The position numbers and the translations under genes are program-made. DNA of 64,000 nucleotides from Trypanosoma brucei (Eukaryota). The first letter of the stretch is position 1, and each line of letters begins with the position of its first letter. Shown here piece after piece: positions 1 to 13,028 of this stretch. The notes under the pieces are model-generated. The model worked only from the letters and a program-made list of their open reading frames with translations, was not told the DNA's origin and ran no database searches. The stretch spans positions 576,001 to 640,000 of the forward strand of contig AL929603.2 in the NCBI GenBank assembly GCA_000002445.1. The letters run 5' to 3'.

Positions 1-83
1 AAGGACTATTCATCCGTTTATATTAGCAACAGTAGGTACTAGCACCACTAACAACAACAACAAAGCACTTCTATTTATTTATC

Positions 84-1439
84 ATGCGTGAGGCTATCTG
101 CATCCACATTGGTCAGGCTGGTTGCCAGGTTGGTAACGCCTGCTGGGAATTGTTCTGCCTGGAACACGGCATTCAACCCGATGGTGCGATGCCCTCTGAC
201 AAGACGATTGGCGTTGAGGATGATGCGTTCAACACCTTCTTCTCTGAGACTGGTGCTGGCAAGCACGTTCCCCGCGCGGTGTTCTTGGACCTGGAGCCAA
301 CAGTGGTGGATGAAGTGCGCACTGGCACGTACCGCCAGCTGTTCCACCCCGAGCAGCTGATCTCCGGCAAGGAGGATGCGGCCAACAACTACGCTCGTGG
401 CCACTACACCATTGGTAAGGAGATCGTCGACCTCTGCCTGGACCGCATCCGCAAGCTCGCTGACAACTGCACTGGTCTTCAGGGCTTCCTCGTGTATCAC
501 GCCGTCGGCGGTGGCACTGGTTCTGGCCTGGGTGCGCTGCTCTTGGAGCGCCTCTCCGTGGACTATGGCAAGAAGTCCAAGCTCGGCTACACGGTGTATC
601 CATCACCGCAGGTGTCGACGGCTGTCGTGGAGCCCTACAACTCTGTGCTCTCGACACACTCACTTCTGGAGCACACCGATGTTGCTGCGATGCTTGACAA
701 TGAAGCAATTTATGATTTGACTCGCCGCAACCTCGATATTGAGCGCCCCACGTACACCAACCTGAACCGCCTCATCGGTCAGGTGGTTTCCTCGCTGACA
801 GCGTCCCTCCGCTTCGACGGTGCATTGAACGTGGATCTGACAGAGTTCCAGACAAACCTTGTGCCGTACCCACGTATCCACTTCGTGCTGACAAGCTATG
901 CACCAGTCATCTCCGCAGAGAAGGCCTACCACGAGCAACTCTCTGTCTCTGAGATCTCGAACGCTGTGTTTGAGCCCGCCTCCATGATGACAAAGTGCGA
1001 CCCCCGCCACGGCAAGTACATGGCGTGCTGCCTCATGTACCGTGGTGACGTTGTGCCAAAGGATGTGAATGCTGCCGTCGCGACCATCAAGACGAAGCGC
1101 ACGATTCAGTTCGTGGACTGGTCTCCCACAGGCTTCAAGTGCGGTATCAACTACCAGCCACCCACGGTGGTGCCAGGTGGTGACCTTGCCAAGGTGCAGC
1201 GCGCGGTATGCATGATCGCCAACTCCACGGCCATCGCAGAGGTGTTCGCTCGTATTGACCACAAATTCGATCTCATGTACAGCAAGCGCGCCTTCGTGCA
1301 CTGGTACGTCGGTGAGGGTATGGAAGAGGGTGAGTTCTCCGAGGCCCGTGAAGACCTTGCAGCACTTGAGAAGGACTACGAAGAGGTTGGTGCCGAGTCC
1401 GCGGATATGGACGGTGAGGAGGATGTGGAGGAGTACTAG
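84..1439 (+). CDS. TUBA: alpha-tubulin (451 aa)
   Basis: Full ORF running [15 protein letters not shown]...GEEDVEEY. It contains the GGGTGSG motif and the C-terminal EEY tail diagnostic of alpha-tubulin. Confidence 0.97.
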
Positions 1440-1469
1440 AAAGTGTGACAACGTCGCACCATGTGTAGG

Positions 1470-1740
1470 TTTTCATTTACGTTCTTTCTTTCTTTTGTGA
1501 ATTTGTTTTCTGTCTCAAATGTTTTTAATTCGCTTGGGACCTATGTTTTTCTTGTTTTTTTGCTCACCCTTTGTGTAGGAGGCACCCTGTCACGTCTGTG
1601 GTTGCGTGTATGCCTTCCTTCCCCTTATTCGCTTCTTCCTGTCGTGTCACACCTCTTTCTCTCTCTCCCTTTCCGCCTTTTCTTTCAATCTTGTTTTCTC
1701 GACCAGCCCTACTAGAGGAGAAAGAATAGTAACCCTTTCA
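1470..1740 (+). promoter_or_regulatory. pyrimidine-rich alpha-to-beta intergenic region; it probably carries the polypyrimidine tract and AG acceptor for beta-tubulin trans-splicing and the alpha 3' processing signals
   Basis: There are long T/C runs (ttctttctttcttttgtg..., ctttctctctctccctttccgcc) ahead of the beta ATG at 1766, a pattern typical of kinetoplastid trans-splice signals. The exact splice site cannot be determined from the sequence. Confidence 0.3.
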
Positions 1741-1765
1741 TCAAAGAAAATAGTTCAAACGAATT

Positions 1766-3094
1766 ATGCGCGAAATCGTCTGCGTTCAGGCTGGCCAATG
1801 CGGTAACCAGATCGGCTCAAAGTTCTGGGAGGTGATCAGTGACGAGCACGGTGTGGACCCCACAGGTACCTACCAGGGTGACTCTGACCTGCAGCTGGAG
1901 CGCATCAATGTGTACTTTGATGAGGCAACGGGAGGTCGCTATGTGCCCCGCTCCGTGCTGATTGATCTGGAGCCAGGTACAATGGACTCCGTACGTGCTG
2001 GCCCCTATGGTCAGATCTTCCGCCCCGACAACTTCATCTTTGGACAGTCTGGCGCCGGCAACAACTGGGCAAAGGGCCACTACACGGAGGGTGCGGAACT
2101 GATCGACTCTGTGCTCGATGTGTGCTGCAAGGAGGCGGAGAGCTGTGACTGCCTCCAGGGCTTCCAGATCTGCCACTCCCTTGGTGGTGGTACTGGCTCC
2201 GGCATGGGTACGCTGCTCATCTCGAAGCTTCGCGAGCAGTACCCTGACCGTATCATGATGACTTTCTCCATCATCCCATCCCCCAAGGTGTCCGACACTG
2301 TCGTCGAGCCGTACAATACGACTCTCTCCGTGCACCAACTTGTGGAAAACTCCGATGAGTCGATGTGCATTGACAACGAGGCACTGTACGATATTTGCTT
2401 CCGCACCCTGAAACTGACAACACCAACGTTCGGTGACCTGAACCACTTGGTGTCTGCTGTTGTGTCCGGCGTCACCTGCTGCCTGCGCTTCCCTGGTCAG
2501 TTGAACTCTGACCTCCGTAAGTTGGCTGTGAACCTTGTCCCATTCCCGCGTCTGCACTTCTTCATGATGGGCTTCGCCCCGCTGACCAGCCGCGGCTCGC
2601 AGCAGTACCGCGGTCTCTCCGTGCCCGAGCTAACGCAGCAGATGTTCGATGCGAAAAACATGATGCAAGCTGCAGATCCTCGTCACGGCCGCTACCTGAC
2701 AGCGTCTGCACTCTTCCGCGGCCGCATGTCGACGAAGGAGGTTGATGAGCAGATGCTGAACGTGCAGAACAAGAACTCGTCCTACTTCATTGAGTGGATC
2801 CCGAACAACATCAAGTCCTCTGTTTGCGATATCCCACCCAAGGGACTCAAGATGGCTGTCACCTTCATTGGCAACAACACCTGCATCCAGGAGATGTTCC
2901 GCCGTGTGGGAGAGCAGTTCACCCTCATGTTCCGTCGCAAGGCGTTCTTGCACTGGTACACTGGCGAGGGTATGGACGAGATGGAATTCACGGAGGCAGA
3001 GTCCAACATGAACGATCTCGTGTCTGAGTACCAGCAGTACCAGGATGCCACGATTGAGGAGGAGGGCGAGTTCGACGAGGAGGAGCAATACTAG
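1766..3094 (+). CDS. TUBB: beta-tubulin (442 aa)
   Basis: Full ORF running [17 protein letters not shown]...[10 protein letters not shown]. The GGGTGSG motif and the acidic tail are those of a canonical beta-tubulin. Confidence 0.97.
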
Positions 3095-3140
3095 ACGCGG
3101 ACGGGGCATTTCCCGTTCGTCATTAGCAGTAGGTAATGAA

Positions 3141-3260
3141 GATGTTTGTTTCTCGTCCCCTTTCTCCTTCGTCCTTCTGTCATTTTGTTCTTTTGTGTTT
3201 ATGTTTTGTTGTTTTTTTCTTTAATTTTTTTTTTCTTCCACGTTTGTGTACATCCGCGCG
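3141..3260 (+). promoter_or_regulatory. polypyrimidine tract in the beta-to-alpha intergenic region (candidate trans-splicing and polyadenylation signal)
   Basis: The sequence gtttgtttctcgtcccctttctccttcgtccttctgtcattttgttcttttgtg...ttttttttttcttcc is present in all three units. Confidence 0.3.
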
Positions 3261-3725
3261 CCACTCTATTCAGAGAGCCACGGATAGTAGAGGAGGTGGG
3301 AAGGGTATATGAGGGACACGCGTACCATGATGTGGGATGTATTGGGGTCCCTGTCTGTCCTTACGTGACTATGTATGAACCGTCACGTGTAAGATGAGCT
3401 AGTGAGATCAACAGTACAACTCATCAACACGCCTTCTTCTCGTTAAATGTACACAATCTTGATCCTCCACCTTTATGGGTCCCATTGTTTGCCTCTTCCG
3501 CTGTGTGGAGTGCGCCTACACGCACTTCTCACTTCGTAAGTGGTGGTGGCGTAAGTATTCCCTAATGTTGACTCTATGTTCTCCTCTCCTCACCCCCTCG
3601 CGGTGCTGATTTCTGACAGATCTTCAAACACTAGTTTAAGCAAAGGACTATTCATCCGTTTATATTAGCAACAGTAGGTACTAGCACCACTAACAACAAC
3701 AACAAAGCACTTCTATTTATTTATC

Positions 3726-5081
3726 ATGCGTGAGGCTATCTGCATCCACATTGGTCAGGCTGGTTGCCAGGTTGGTAACGCCTGCTGGGAATTGTTCTGC
3801 CTGGAACACGGCATTCAACCCGATGGTGCGATGCCCTCTGACAAGACGATTGGCGTTGAGGATGATGCGTTCAACACCTTCTTCTCTGAGACTGGTGCTG
3901 GCAAGCACGTTCCCCGCGCGGTGTTCTTGGACCTGGAGCCAACAGTGGTGGATGAAGTGCGCACTGGCACGTACCGCCAGCTGTTCCACCCCGAGCAGCT
4001 GATCTCCGGCAAGGAGGATGCGGCCAACAACTACGCTCGTGGCCACTACACCATTGGTAAGGAGATCGTCGACCTCTGCCTGGACCGCATCCGCAAGCTC
4101 GCTGACAACTGCACTGGTCTTCAGGGCTTCCTCGTGTATCACGCCGTCGGCGGTGGCACTGGTTCTGGCCTGGGTGCGCTGCTCTTGGAGCGCCTCTCCG
4201 TGGACTATGGCAAGAAGTCCAAGCTCGGCTACACGGTGTATCCATCACCGCAGGTGTCGACGGCTGTCGTGGAGCCCTACAACTCTGTGCTCTCGACACA
4301 CTCACTTCTGGAGCACACCGATGTTGCTGCGATGCTTGACAATGAAGCAATTTATGATTTGACTCGCCGCAACCTCGATATTGAGCGCCCCACGTACACC
4401 AACCTGAACCGCCTCATCGGTCAGGTGGTTTCCTCGCTGACAGCGTCCCTCCGCTTCGACGGTGCATTGAACGTGGATCTGACAGAGTTCCAGACAAACC
4501 TTGTGCCGTACCCACGTATCCACTTCGTGCTGACAAGCTATGCACCAGTCATCTCCGCAGAGAAGGCCTACCACGAGCAACTCTCTGTCTCTGAGATCTC
4601 GAACGCTGTGTTTGAGCCCGCCTCCATGATGACAAAGTGCGACCCCCGCCACGGCAAGTACATGGCGTGCTGCCTCATGTACCGTGGTGACGTTGTGCCA
4701 AAGGATGTGAATGCTGCCGTCGCGACCATCAAGACGAAGCGCACGATTCAGTTCGTGGACTGGTCTCCCACAGGCTTCAAGTGCGGTATCAACTACCAGC
4801 CACCCACGGTGGTGCCAGGTGGTGACCTTGCCAAGGTGCAGCGCGCGGTATGCATGATCGCCAACTCCACGGCCATCGCAGAGGTGTTCGCTCGTATTGA
4901 CCACAAATTCGATCTCATGTACAGCAAGCGCGCCTTCGTGCACTGGTACGTCGGTGAGGGTATGGAAGAGGGTGAGTTCTCCGAGGCCCGTGAAGACCTT
5001 GCAGCACTTGAGAAGGACTACGAAGAGGTTGGTGCCGAGTCCGCGGATATGGACGGTGAGGAGGATGTGGAGGAGTACTAG
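3726..5081 (+). CDS. TUBA: alpha-tubulin (451 aa), copy 2
   Basis: The protein is identical to the copy at 84-1439. Confidence 0.97.
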
Positions 5082-5407
5082 AAAGTGTGACAACGTCGCA
5101 CCATGTGTAGGTTTTCATTTACGTTCTTTCTTTCTTTTGTGAATTTGTTTTCTGTCTCAAATGTTTTTAATTCGCTTGGGACCTATGTTTTTCTTGTTTT
5201 TTTGCTCACCCTTTGTGTAGGAGGCATCCTGTCACGTCTGTGGTTGCGTGTATGCCTTCCTTCCCCTTATTCGCTTCTTCCTGTCGTGTCACACCTCTTT
5301 CTCTCTCTCCCTTTCCGCCTTTTCTTTCAATCTTGTTTTCTCGACCAGCCCTACTAGAGGAGAAAGAATAGTAACCCTTTCATCAAAGAAAATAGTTCAA
5401 ACGAATT

Positions 5408-6736
5408 ATGCGCGAAATCGTCTGCGTTCAGGCTGGCCAATGCGGCAACCAGATCGGCTCAAAGTTCTGGGAGGTGATCAGTGACGAGCACGGTGTGGAC
5501 CCCACAGGTACCTACCAGGGTGACTCTGACCTGCAGCTGGAGCGCATCAATGTGTACTTTGATGAGGCAACGGGAGGTCGCTATGTGCCCCGCTCCGTGC
5601 TGATTGATCTGGAGCCAGGTACAATGGACTCCGTACGTGCTGGCCCCTATGGTCAGATCTTCCGCCCCGACAACTTCATCTTTGGACAGTCTGGCGCCGG
5701 CAACAACTGGGCAAAGGGCCACTACACGGAGGGTGCGGAACTGATCGACTCTGTGCTCGATGTGTGCTGCAAGGAGGCGGAGAGCTGTGACTGCCTCCAG
5801 GGCTTCCAGATCTGCCACTCCCTTGGTGGTGGTACTGGCTCCGGCATGGGTACGCTGCTCATCTCGAAGCTTCGCGAGCAGTACCCTGACCGTATCATGA
5901 TGACTTTCTCCATCATCCCATCCCCCAAGGTGTCCGACACTGTCGTCGAGCCGTACAATACGACTCTCTCCGTGCACCAACTTGTGGAAAACTCCGATGA
6001 GTCGATGTGCATTGACAACGAGGCACTGTACGATATTTGCTTCCGCACCCTGAAACTGACAACACCAACGTTCGGTGACCTGAACCACTTGGTGTCTGCT
6101 GTTGTGTCCGGCGTCACCTGCTGCCTGCGCTTCCCTGGTCAGTTGAACTCTGACCTCCGTAAGTTGGCTGTGAACCTTGTCCCATTCCCGCGTCTGCACT
6201 TCTTCATGATGGGCTTCGCCCCGCTGACCAGCCGCGGCTCGCAGCAGTACCGCGGTCTCTCCGTGCCCGAGCTAACGCAGCAGATGTTCGATGCGAAAAA
6301 CATGATGCAAGCTGCAGATCCTCGTCACGGCCGCTACCTGACAGCGTCTGCACTCTTCCGCGGCCGCATGTCGACGAAGGAGGTTGATGAGCAGATGCTG
6401 AACGTGCAGAACAAGAACTCGTCCTACTTCATTGAGTGGATCCCGAACAACATCAAGTCCTCTGTTTGCGATATCCCACCCAAGGGACTCAAGATGGCTG
6501 TCACCTTCATTGGCAACAACACCTGCATCCAGGAGATGTTCCGCCGTGTGGGAGAGCAGTTCACCCTCATGTTCCGTCGCAAGGCGTTCTTGCACTGGTA
6601 CACTGGCGAGGGTATGGACGAGATGGAATTCACGGAGGCAGAGTCCAACATGAACGATCTCGTGTCTGAGTACCAGCAGTACCAGGATGCCACGATTGAG
6701 GAGGAGGGCGAGTTCGACGAGGAGGAGCAATACTAG
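5408..6736 (+). CDS. TUBB: beta-tubulin (442 aa), copy 2
   Basis: The protein is identical to copy 1. There is one synonymous difference, C versus T at 1804. Confidence 0.97.
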
Positions 6737-7367
6737 ACGCGGACGGGGCATTTCCCGTTCGTCATTAGCAGTAGGTAATGAAGATGTTTGTTTCTCGTCC
6801 CCTTTCTCCTTCGTCCTTCTGTCATTTTGTTCTTTTGTGTTTATGTTTTGTTGTTGTTTTCTTTAATTTTTTTTTTCTTCCACGTTTGTGTACATCCGCG
6901 CGCCACTCTATTCAGAGAGCCACGGATAGTAGAGGAGGTGGGAAGGGTATATGAGGGACACGCGTACCATGATGTGGGATGTATTGGGGTCCCTGTCTGT
7001 CCTTACGTGACTATGTATGAACCGTCACGTGTAAGATGAGCTAGTGAGATCAACAGTACAACTCATCAACACGCCTTCTTCTCGTTAAATGTACACAATC
7101 TTGATCCTCCACCTTTATGGGTCCCATTGTTTGCCTCTTCCGCTGTGTGGAGTGCGCCTACACGCACTTCTCACTTCGTAAGTGGTGGTGGCGTAAGTAT
7201 TGCCTAATGTTGACTCTATGTTCTCCTCTCCTCACCCCCTCGCGGTGCTGATTTCTGACAGATCTTCAAACACTAGTTTAAGCAAAGGACTATTCATCCG
7301 TTTATATTAGCAACAGTAGGTACTAGCACCACTAACAACAACAACAAAGCACTTCTATTTATTTATC

Positions 7368-8723
7368 ATGCGTGAGGCTATCTGCATCCACATTGGTCAG
7401 GCTGGTTGCCAGGTTGGTAACGCCTGCTGGGAATTGTTCTGCCTGGAACACGGCATTCAACCCGATGGTGCGATGCCCTCTGACAAGACGATTGGCGTTG
7501 AGGATGATGCGTTCAACACCTTCTTCTCTGAGACTGGTGCTGGCAAGCACGTTCCCCGCGCGGTGTTCTTGGACCTGGAGCCAACAGTGGTGGATGAAGT
7601 GCGCACTGGCACGTACCGCCAGCTGTTCCACCCCGAGCAGCTGATCTCCGGCAAGGAGGATGCGGCCAACAACTACGCTCGTGGCCACTACACCATTGGT
7701 AAGGAGATCGTCGACCTCTGCCTGGACCGCATCCGCAAGCTCGCTGACAACTGCACTGGTCTTCAGGGCTTCCTCGTGTATCACGCCGTCGGCGGTGGCA
7801 CTGGTTCTGGCCTGGGTGCGCTGCTCTTGGAGCGCCTCTCCGTGGACTATGGCAAGAAGTCCAAGCTCGGCTACACGGTGTATCCATCACCGCAGGTGTC
7901 GACGGCTGTCGTGGAGCCCTACAACTCTGTGCTCTCGACACACTCACTTCTGGAGCACACCGATGTTGCTGCGATGCTTGACAATGAAGCGATTTATGAT
8001 TTGACTCGCCGCAACCTCGATATTGAGCGCCCCACGTACACCAACCTGAACCGCCTCATCGGTCAGGTGGTTTCCTCGCTGACAGCGTCCCTCCGCTTCG
8101 ACGGTGCATTGAACGTGGATCTGACAGAGTTCCAGACAAACCTTGTGCCGTACCCACGTATCCACTTCGTGCTGACAAGCTATGCACCAGTCATCTCCGC
8201 AGAGAAGGCCTACCACGAGCAACTCTCTGTCTCTGAGATCTCGAACGCTGTGTTTGAGCCCGCCTCCATGATGACAAAGTGCGACCCCCGCCACGGCAAG
8301 TACATGGCGTGCTGCCTCATGTACCGTGGTGACGTTGTGCCAAAGGATGTGAATGCTGCCGTCGCGACCATCAAGACGAAGCGCACGATTCAGTTCGTGG
8401 ACTGGTCTCCCACAGGCTTCAAGTGCGGTATCAACTACCAGCCACCCACGGTGGTGCCAGGTGGTGACCTTGCCAAGGTGCAGCGCGCGGTATGCATGAT
8501 CGCCAACTCCACGGCCATCGCAGAGGTGTTCGCCCGTATTGACCACAAATTCGATCTCATGTACAGCAAGCGCGCCTTCGTGCACTGGTACGTCGGTGAG
8601 GGTATGGAAGAGGGTGAGTTCTCCGAGGCCCGTGAAGACCTTGCAGCACTTGAGAAGGACTACGAAGAGGTTGGTGCCGAGTCCGCGGATATGGACGGTG
8701 AGGAGGATGTGGAGGAGTACTAG
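7368..8723 (+). CDS. TUBA: alpha-tubulin (451 aa), copy 3
   Basis: The protein is identical to the other copies. It has two synonymous nucleotide differences, at 7991 and 8534. Confidence 0.97.
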
Positions 8724-9049
8724 AAAGTGTGACAACGTCGCACCATGTGTAGGTTTTCATTTACGTTCTTTCTTTCTTTTGTGAATTTGTTTTCTGTCTC
8801 AAATGTTTTTAATTCGCTTGGGACCTATGTTTTTCTTGTTTTTTTGCTCACCCTTTGTGTAGGAGGCACCCTGTCACGTCTGTGGTTGCGTGTATGCCTT
8901 CCTTCCCCTTATTCGCTTCTTCCTGTCGTGTCACACCTCTTTCTCTCTCTCCCTTTCCGCCTTTTCTTTCAATCTTGTTTTCTCGACCAGCCCTACTAGA
9001 GGAGAAAGAATAGTAACCCTTTCATCAAAGAAAATAGTTCAAACGAATT

Positions 9050-9950
9050 ATGCGCGAAATCGTCTGCGTTCAGGCTGGCCAATGCGGCAACCAGATCGGC
9101 TCAAAGTTCTGGGAGGTGATCAGTGACGAGCACGGTGTGGACCCCACAGGTACCTACCAGGGTGACTCTGACCTGCAGCTGGAGCGCATCAATGTGTACT
9201 TTGATGAGGCAACGGGAGGTCGCTATGTGCCCCGCTCCGTGCTGATTGATCTGGAGCCAGGTACAATGGACTCCGTACGTGCTGGCCCCTATGGTCAGAT
9301 CTTCCGCCCCGACAACTTCATCTTTGGACAGTCTGGCGCCGGCAACAACTGGGCAAAGGGCCACTACACGGAGGGTGCGGAACTGATCGACTCTGTGCTC
9401 GATGTGTGCTGCAAGGAGGCGGAGAGCTGTGACTGCCTCCAGGGCTTCCAGATCTGCCACTCCCTTGGTGGTGGTACTGGCTCCGGCATGGGTACGCTGC
9501 TCATCTCGAAGCTTCGCGAGCAGTACCCTGACCGTATCATGATGACTTTCTCCATCATCCCATCCCCCAAGGTGTCCGACACTGTCGTCGAGCCGTACAA
9601 TACGACTCTCTCCGTGCACCAACTTGTGGAAAACTCCGATGAGTCGATGTGCATTGACAACGAGGCACTGTACGATATTTGCTTCCGCACCCTGAAACTG
9701 ACAACACCAACGTTCGGTGACCTGAACCACTTGGTGTCTGCTGTTGTGTCCGGCGTCACCTGCTGCCTGCGCTTCCCTGGTCAGTTGAACTCTGACCTCC
9801 GTAAGTTGGCTGTGAACCTTGTCCCATTCCCGCGTCTGCACTTCTTCATGATGGGCTTCGCCCCGCTGACCAGCCGCGGCTCGCAGCAGTACCGCGGTCT
9901 CTCCGTGCCCGAGCTAACGCAGCAGATGTTCGATGCGAAAAACATGATGC
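9050..9950 (+). pseudogene. TUBB: beta-tubulin truncated after codon 300 by a retroposon insertion; the frame continues 49 codons into the ingi 5' end
   Basis: It matches the intact beta copies up to ...FDAKNMM at nt 9950. Intact copies continue QAADPRHG, but here the sequence switches to the ingi 5' end CCCTGGTGATGCTGGCCACC. Confidence 0.93.
9938..9950. repeat. 5' target-site duplication of ingi A (AAAAACATGATGC)
   Basis: The same 13-mer recurs at 15169-15181 directly after the poly(A) end of the element. It is derived from the beta-tubulin sequence. Confidence 0.8.
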
Positions 9951-10070
9951 CCCTGGTGATGCTGGCCACCTCATCGTGGTGCCAGGGTCCAGTACCTCGC
10001 CTATGCGTGGGAAGCCAAGAGCCGGCAACCGCCATCTTTGTAAGGAAGTGCCTGCGGGTGCGTCATCGTT

Positions 10071-10934
10071 TTGCCATGGGACAAGCAGAGTCAGGCTGAG
10101 ACAAAGTGTTATCAATGTCTGTCCTTAGGTACGTGCAGACGTGCCATCAGTAGTATTATTCGCGCCCAGAAACTGATGAATGGTGATGTGGAAAGTAAAT
10201 TAGACCCTGTATTCCGTGGCACCCAGTGGAACTGCGCTGCGCTCACACAGGGCAAGCGGTTAGCTCTTCATAGGATGCTCATTGAGGATAGGGTAAGCTT
10301 CTGCTTACTGTGCGAAACGAATTTTTCCTCTCTGGAAGAACAGATTCTCCATCCTCTACTTTTGCAACACGACGGAGCAGAAAGGGATGCAAACGGTGGT
10401 GGAGTATCTATTCTGATACAAAAAGTCCTCCGGGTGGAAGTCGGTGAGAAGAAAGTGGGACAGCTAGAACATGTAAGCGCCACTATCCACGTATCAGAGG
10501 AAGACAAACTAACGCTCACGTCAGCCTATTTTCCAAGAGGACGAAGCGCTGTGAACTTGGGAAAACTTGTCGCATTGAAGAGAGATGTGCAATACGTCAT
10601 AGGCGCCGACGTGAATTTACATTTGTGTCTATGGGATAGAGAGGTCCCTCCTGATGCAGGAGGTGAAGCAATGACTACTTGGTGTGTTGATACAGGTTAT
10701 ATTGTAGCAAATACAGCTGACCGCACCAGATATGACTATGCACGAAACCTCGGATCGTCCCCTGACGTAACGCTGAACCGGGAATGTCAAATTATCAATT
10801 GGACGGCTACAGAGACACCGGACAGTGATCACTACGTCATCTTATTTCAGTCATCGTCGGAAACGATGAGATCCCGATTGCCCTTGCTTGTCTGGACCGA
10901 GCGCTATTCTCTTGAAAGAAAGCCGACTGGGTGA
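10071..10934 (+). pseudogene. ingi A AP-endonuclease-like ORF segment
   Basis: This is the N-terminal endonuclease region, homologous to the ingi B ORF at 15220-15968. It is broken by stops and frameshifts. Confidence 0.6.
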
Positions 10935-11625
10935 AATTCAATGCCTACACCAAGCAAGAAAGCAAGAAGATCGGAAACTCGGGGAAAATACACAAAAACG
11001 CCCCCATTTTAGGTAATATTATCCGGGACGCGACAGTGAAAGCTGTCCCCCGCGGCTCCTTTTTCCAAAAGCCTTTGTGAACGAAGGAGTTAACAGAGAG
11101 AGATGAGAAGATACGATGCGTCCAACATCTTCGAGAGAGGCCATCTCTTGTCTCCCAGCGAAAAAAACTGCTAATGGAAGTCTCCACCAAACGATGGCAT
11201 GAGACTTGCAACAAGTTTGCAGTTTCTGAGAGTAACAGTTGGCATATCGTAAAGAATGTTTTCTCACAAAAAACCCTAGTCACACCAGCAGTGAGGGCAG
11301 ACAACAGAATCCTGGCGCAGAAGCAGCACGCACAGAGTCTCATAGATATATACCCTGAATAGTCGAAGCGGCACCCGGATGTTGCGCAAGCTCCTTCGAT
11401 TTCCCTCCCAAAACAGATGCCATACAGGCGTATCTCCATGGGAGAATTGAACACAACCCTAAGGTATATACCAAATGGTTCTGCTCCTGGAAACAATATG
11501 CAGTGGATTGAGAGGCTCTCAAGCACCTCAACAAATATGGAAGGCGTTTACTACCACGATTATTCAATCGCAGTTTATACGCTGGTGAGGATCCGCAACC
11601 GTGGAAAAAAGGTGTCATCATTCCA

Positions 11626-12545
11626 TTGTTGAAAGTGGGAAAGCCATCCATTGACCTAGCATCCTTCAGGCCTGTTACCTTAACAAGTACGGTCTTAAAG
11701 GTCATGGAAAAGATTGTCTGCGCAAGGATCCGTAACACTGTCGAATCGAAATTGAAAGTGCAGCAATCAGGATTCAGCACGGGTAACTCTACACTAGACC
11801 AGCTCTTACACCTAATGGCAGCTCTATGTAGACCTCACCACGATGACAGGAAAGGGGCTGTATTTGCTTATTACCCGGAGGCATTCGACACGGTAGATCA
11901 TGCAACAGCGGTTCGTGCCATGCAGGAAATGGGAATACCAACTTACACTGTGAAATGGACCGCTACCTTACTACAGGGAAGAAAAAAACAAGTAAGGGTA
12001 AAGAAGGTGTTTTCGGGGAACAGGGAGTTCACACGAGGGGTTCCACAAGGTACAGTCCTAGGTCCCCTCTTATCATAGTGGTGAACTCTCTCAGTAAACG
12101 CCTCAACCAAATTCCTGGTCTAGGACATGGCTTCTTCGCAGACGATCTAACTCTCTCATGTCGTCACTCTGATAGAAACATAGTCCAGGAAACGCTCCAA
12201 GCAGGGCTAAACGCAGTAGCAGCATGGAGCCGAGAGACTTATATGGGCATTAATGTGGATAAGACCAAATACACACTATTTGGCGCCAAGAACAGAAACT
12301 CACTACTTCTGTTGGTGAACGGGAAACCTATCGATGAAGATAGAAATCCCAAGATACTTGGCATCACATTACAGTCATATAGTGGTTTCTCCACCCATGT
12401 CGAGGGGGTTAAAAAGGCAGTGGATATGCGACTACTGCAACTTGCTGCAATCTCATCAACTTCTTGGGGACCACGAACCAACACGATCAGGACGTTCTAC
12501 ATTGCCCTGACTCGTGCAAAGATCTTGTACGGCGTGGCGATTTAG
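11626..12545 (+). pseudogene. ingi A reverse-transcriptase segments, two overlapping frames
   Basis: RT-like sequence: FRPVTLTSTVLKVMEKIVCARI...; ...FADDLTLSC... (YxDD-like); LVNGKPIDEDRNPKILGI. The reading frame shifts near 11955-12078. Confidence 0.7.
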
Positions 12546-13028
12546 TATCATAATGCCAACTACTTCAATCAGGAAGAGCTAGAGTGTTCCCAAAACAGAG
12601 CGTGCAGAATTCTCTCCGGAACGGTGAGAGGTTGAAACAGTACAGACGCGCGCCTAGAGGCCAACTTAACGTCCCTTAGAGAAGCCGCGACGATACGGGG
12701 TCTGAAGTACCTGATACGCTGCCAGCCACGAGATAGATACCTAAAAGAGAGTGCGGAGTTAGTATATCACCCAAGTTATCCTGTCCGAAAGTTACTGAAT
12801 GATGTAAAGCGTGAATACCCACAACTTCAGGTAGAATCCGCACACACCACAGAGTGGTGTCCATATTTCTGGATACAGCGAACAGATGTCTGTTTCACTA
12901 CGCCATTCCCCCGAATGTGAACAGAGACTCGGAGGAAGAACTCAAACGTGAGACATCCGAAAGATGGATAAAGCGCCGTTATTAGAAGAAAAGGGCAATA
13001 ACCCTGTCGCTCTATCACACTACGAAGT

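Larger units (their letters stand above)
1..9950 (+). repeat. alpha/beta-tubulin tandem array, 3642-bp unit; the window opens inside a unit, so the array likely continues to the left
   Basis: Positions 1-83 are identical to 3643-3725. The alpha start codons at 84, 3726 and 7368 and the beta start codons at 1766, 5408 and 9050 are each spaced by exactly 3642 bp. Copies are nearly identical in sequence. Confidence 0.95.

Noticed and set aside
75-9841. Long minus-strand and alternative-frame ORFs overlapping the tubulin genes, for example 75-500 (-), 660-1451 (-) and 1817-2557 (-), repeated in each unit
   Set aside because: They are antisense or out-of-frame readings of GC-biased tubulin codons. 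They overlap clearly homologous CDSs and resemble no known protein. They recur only because the unit is repeated.
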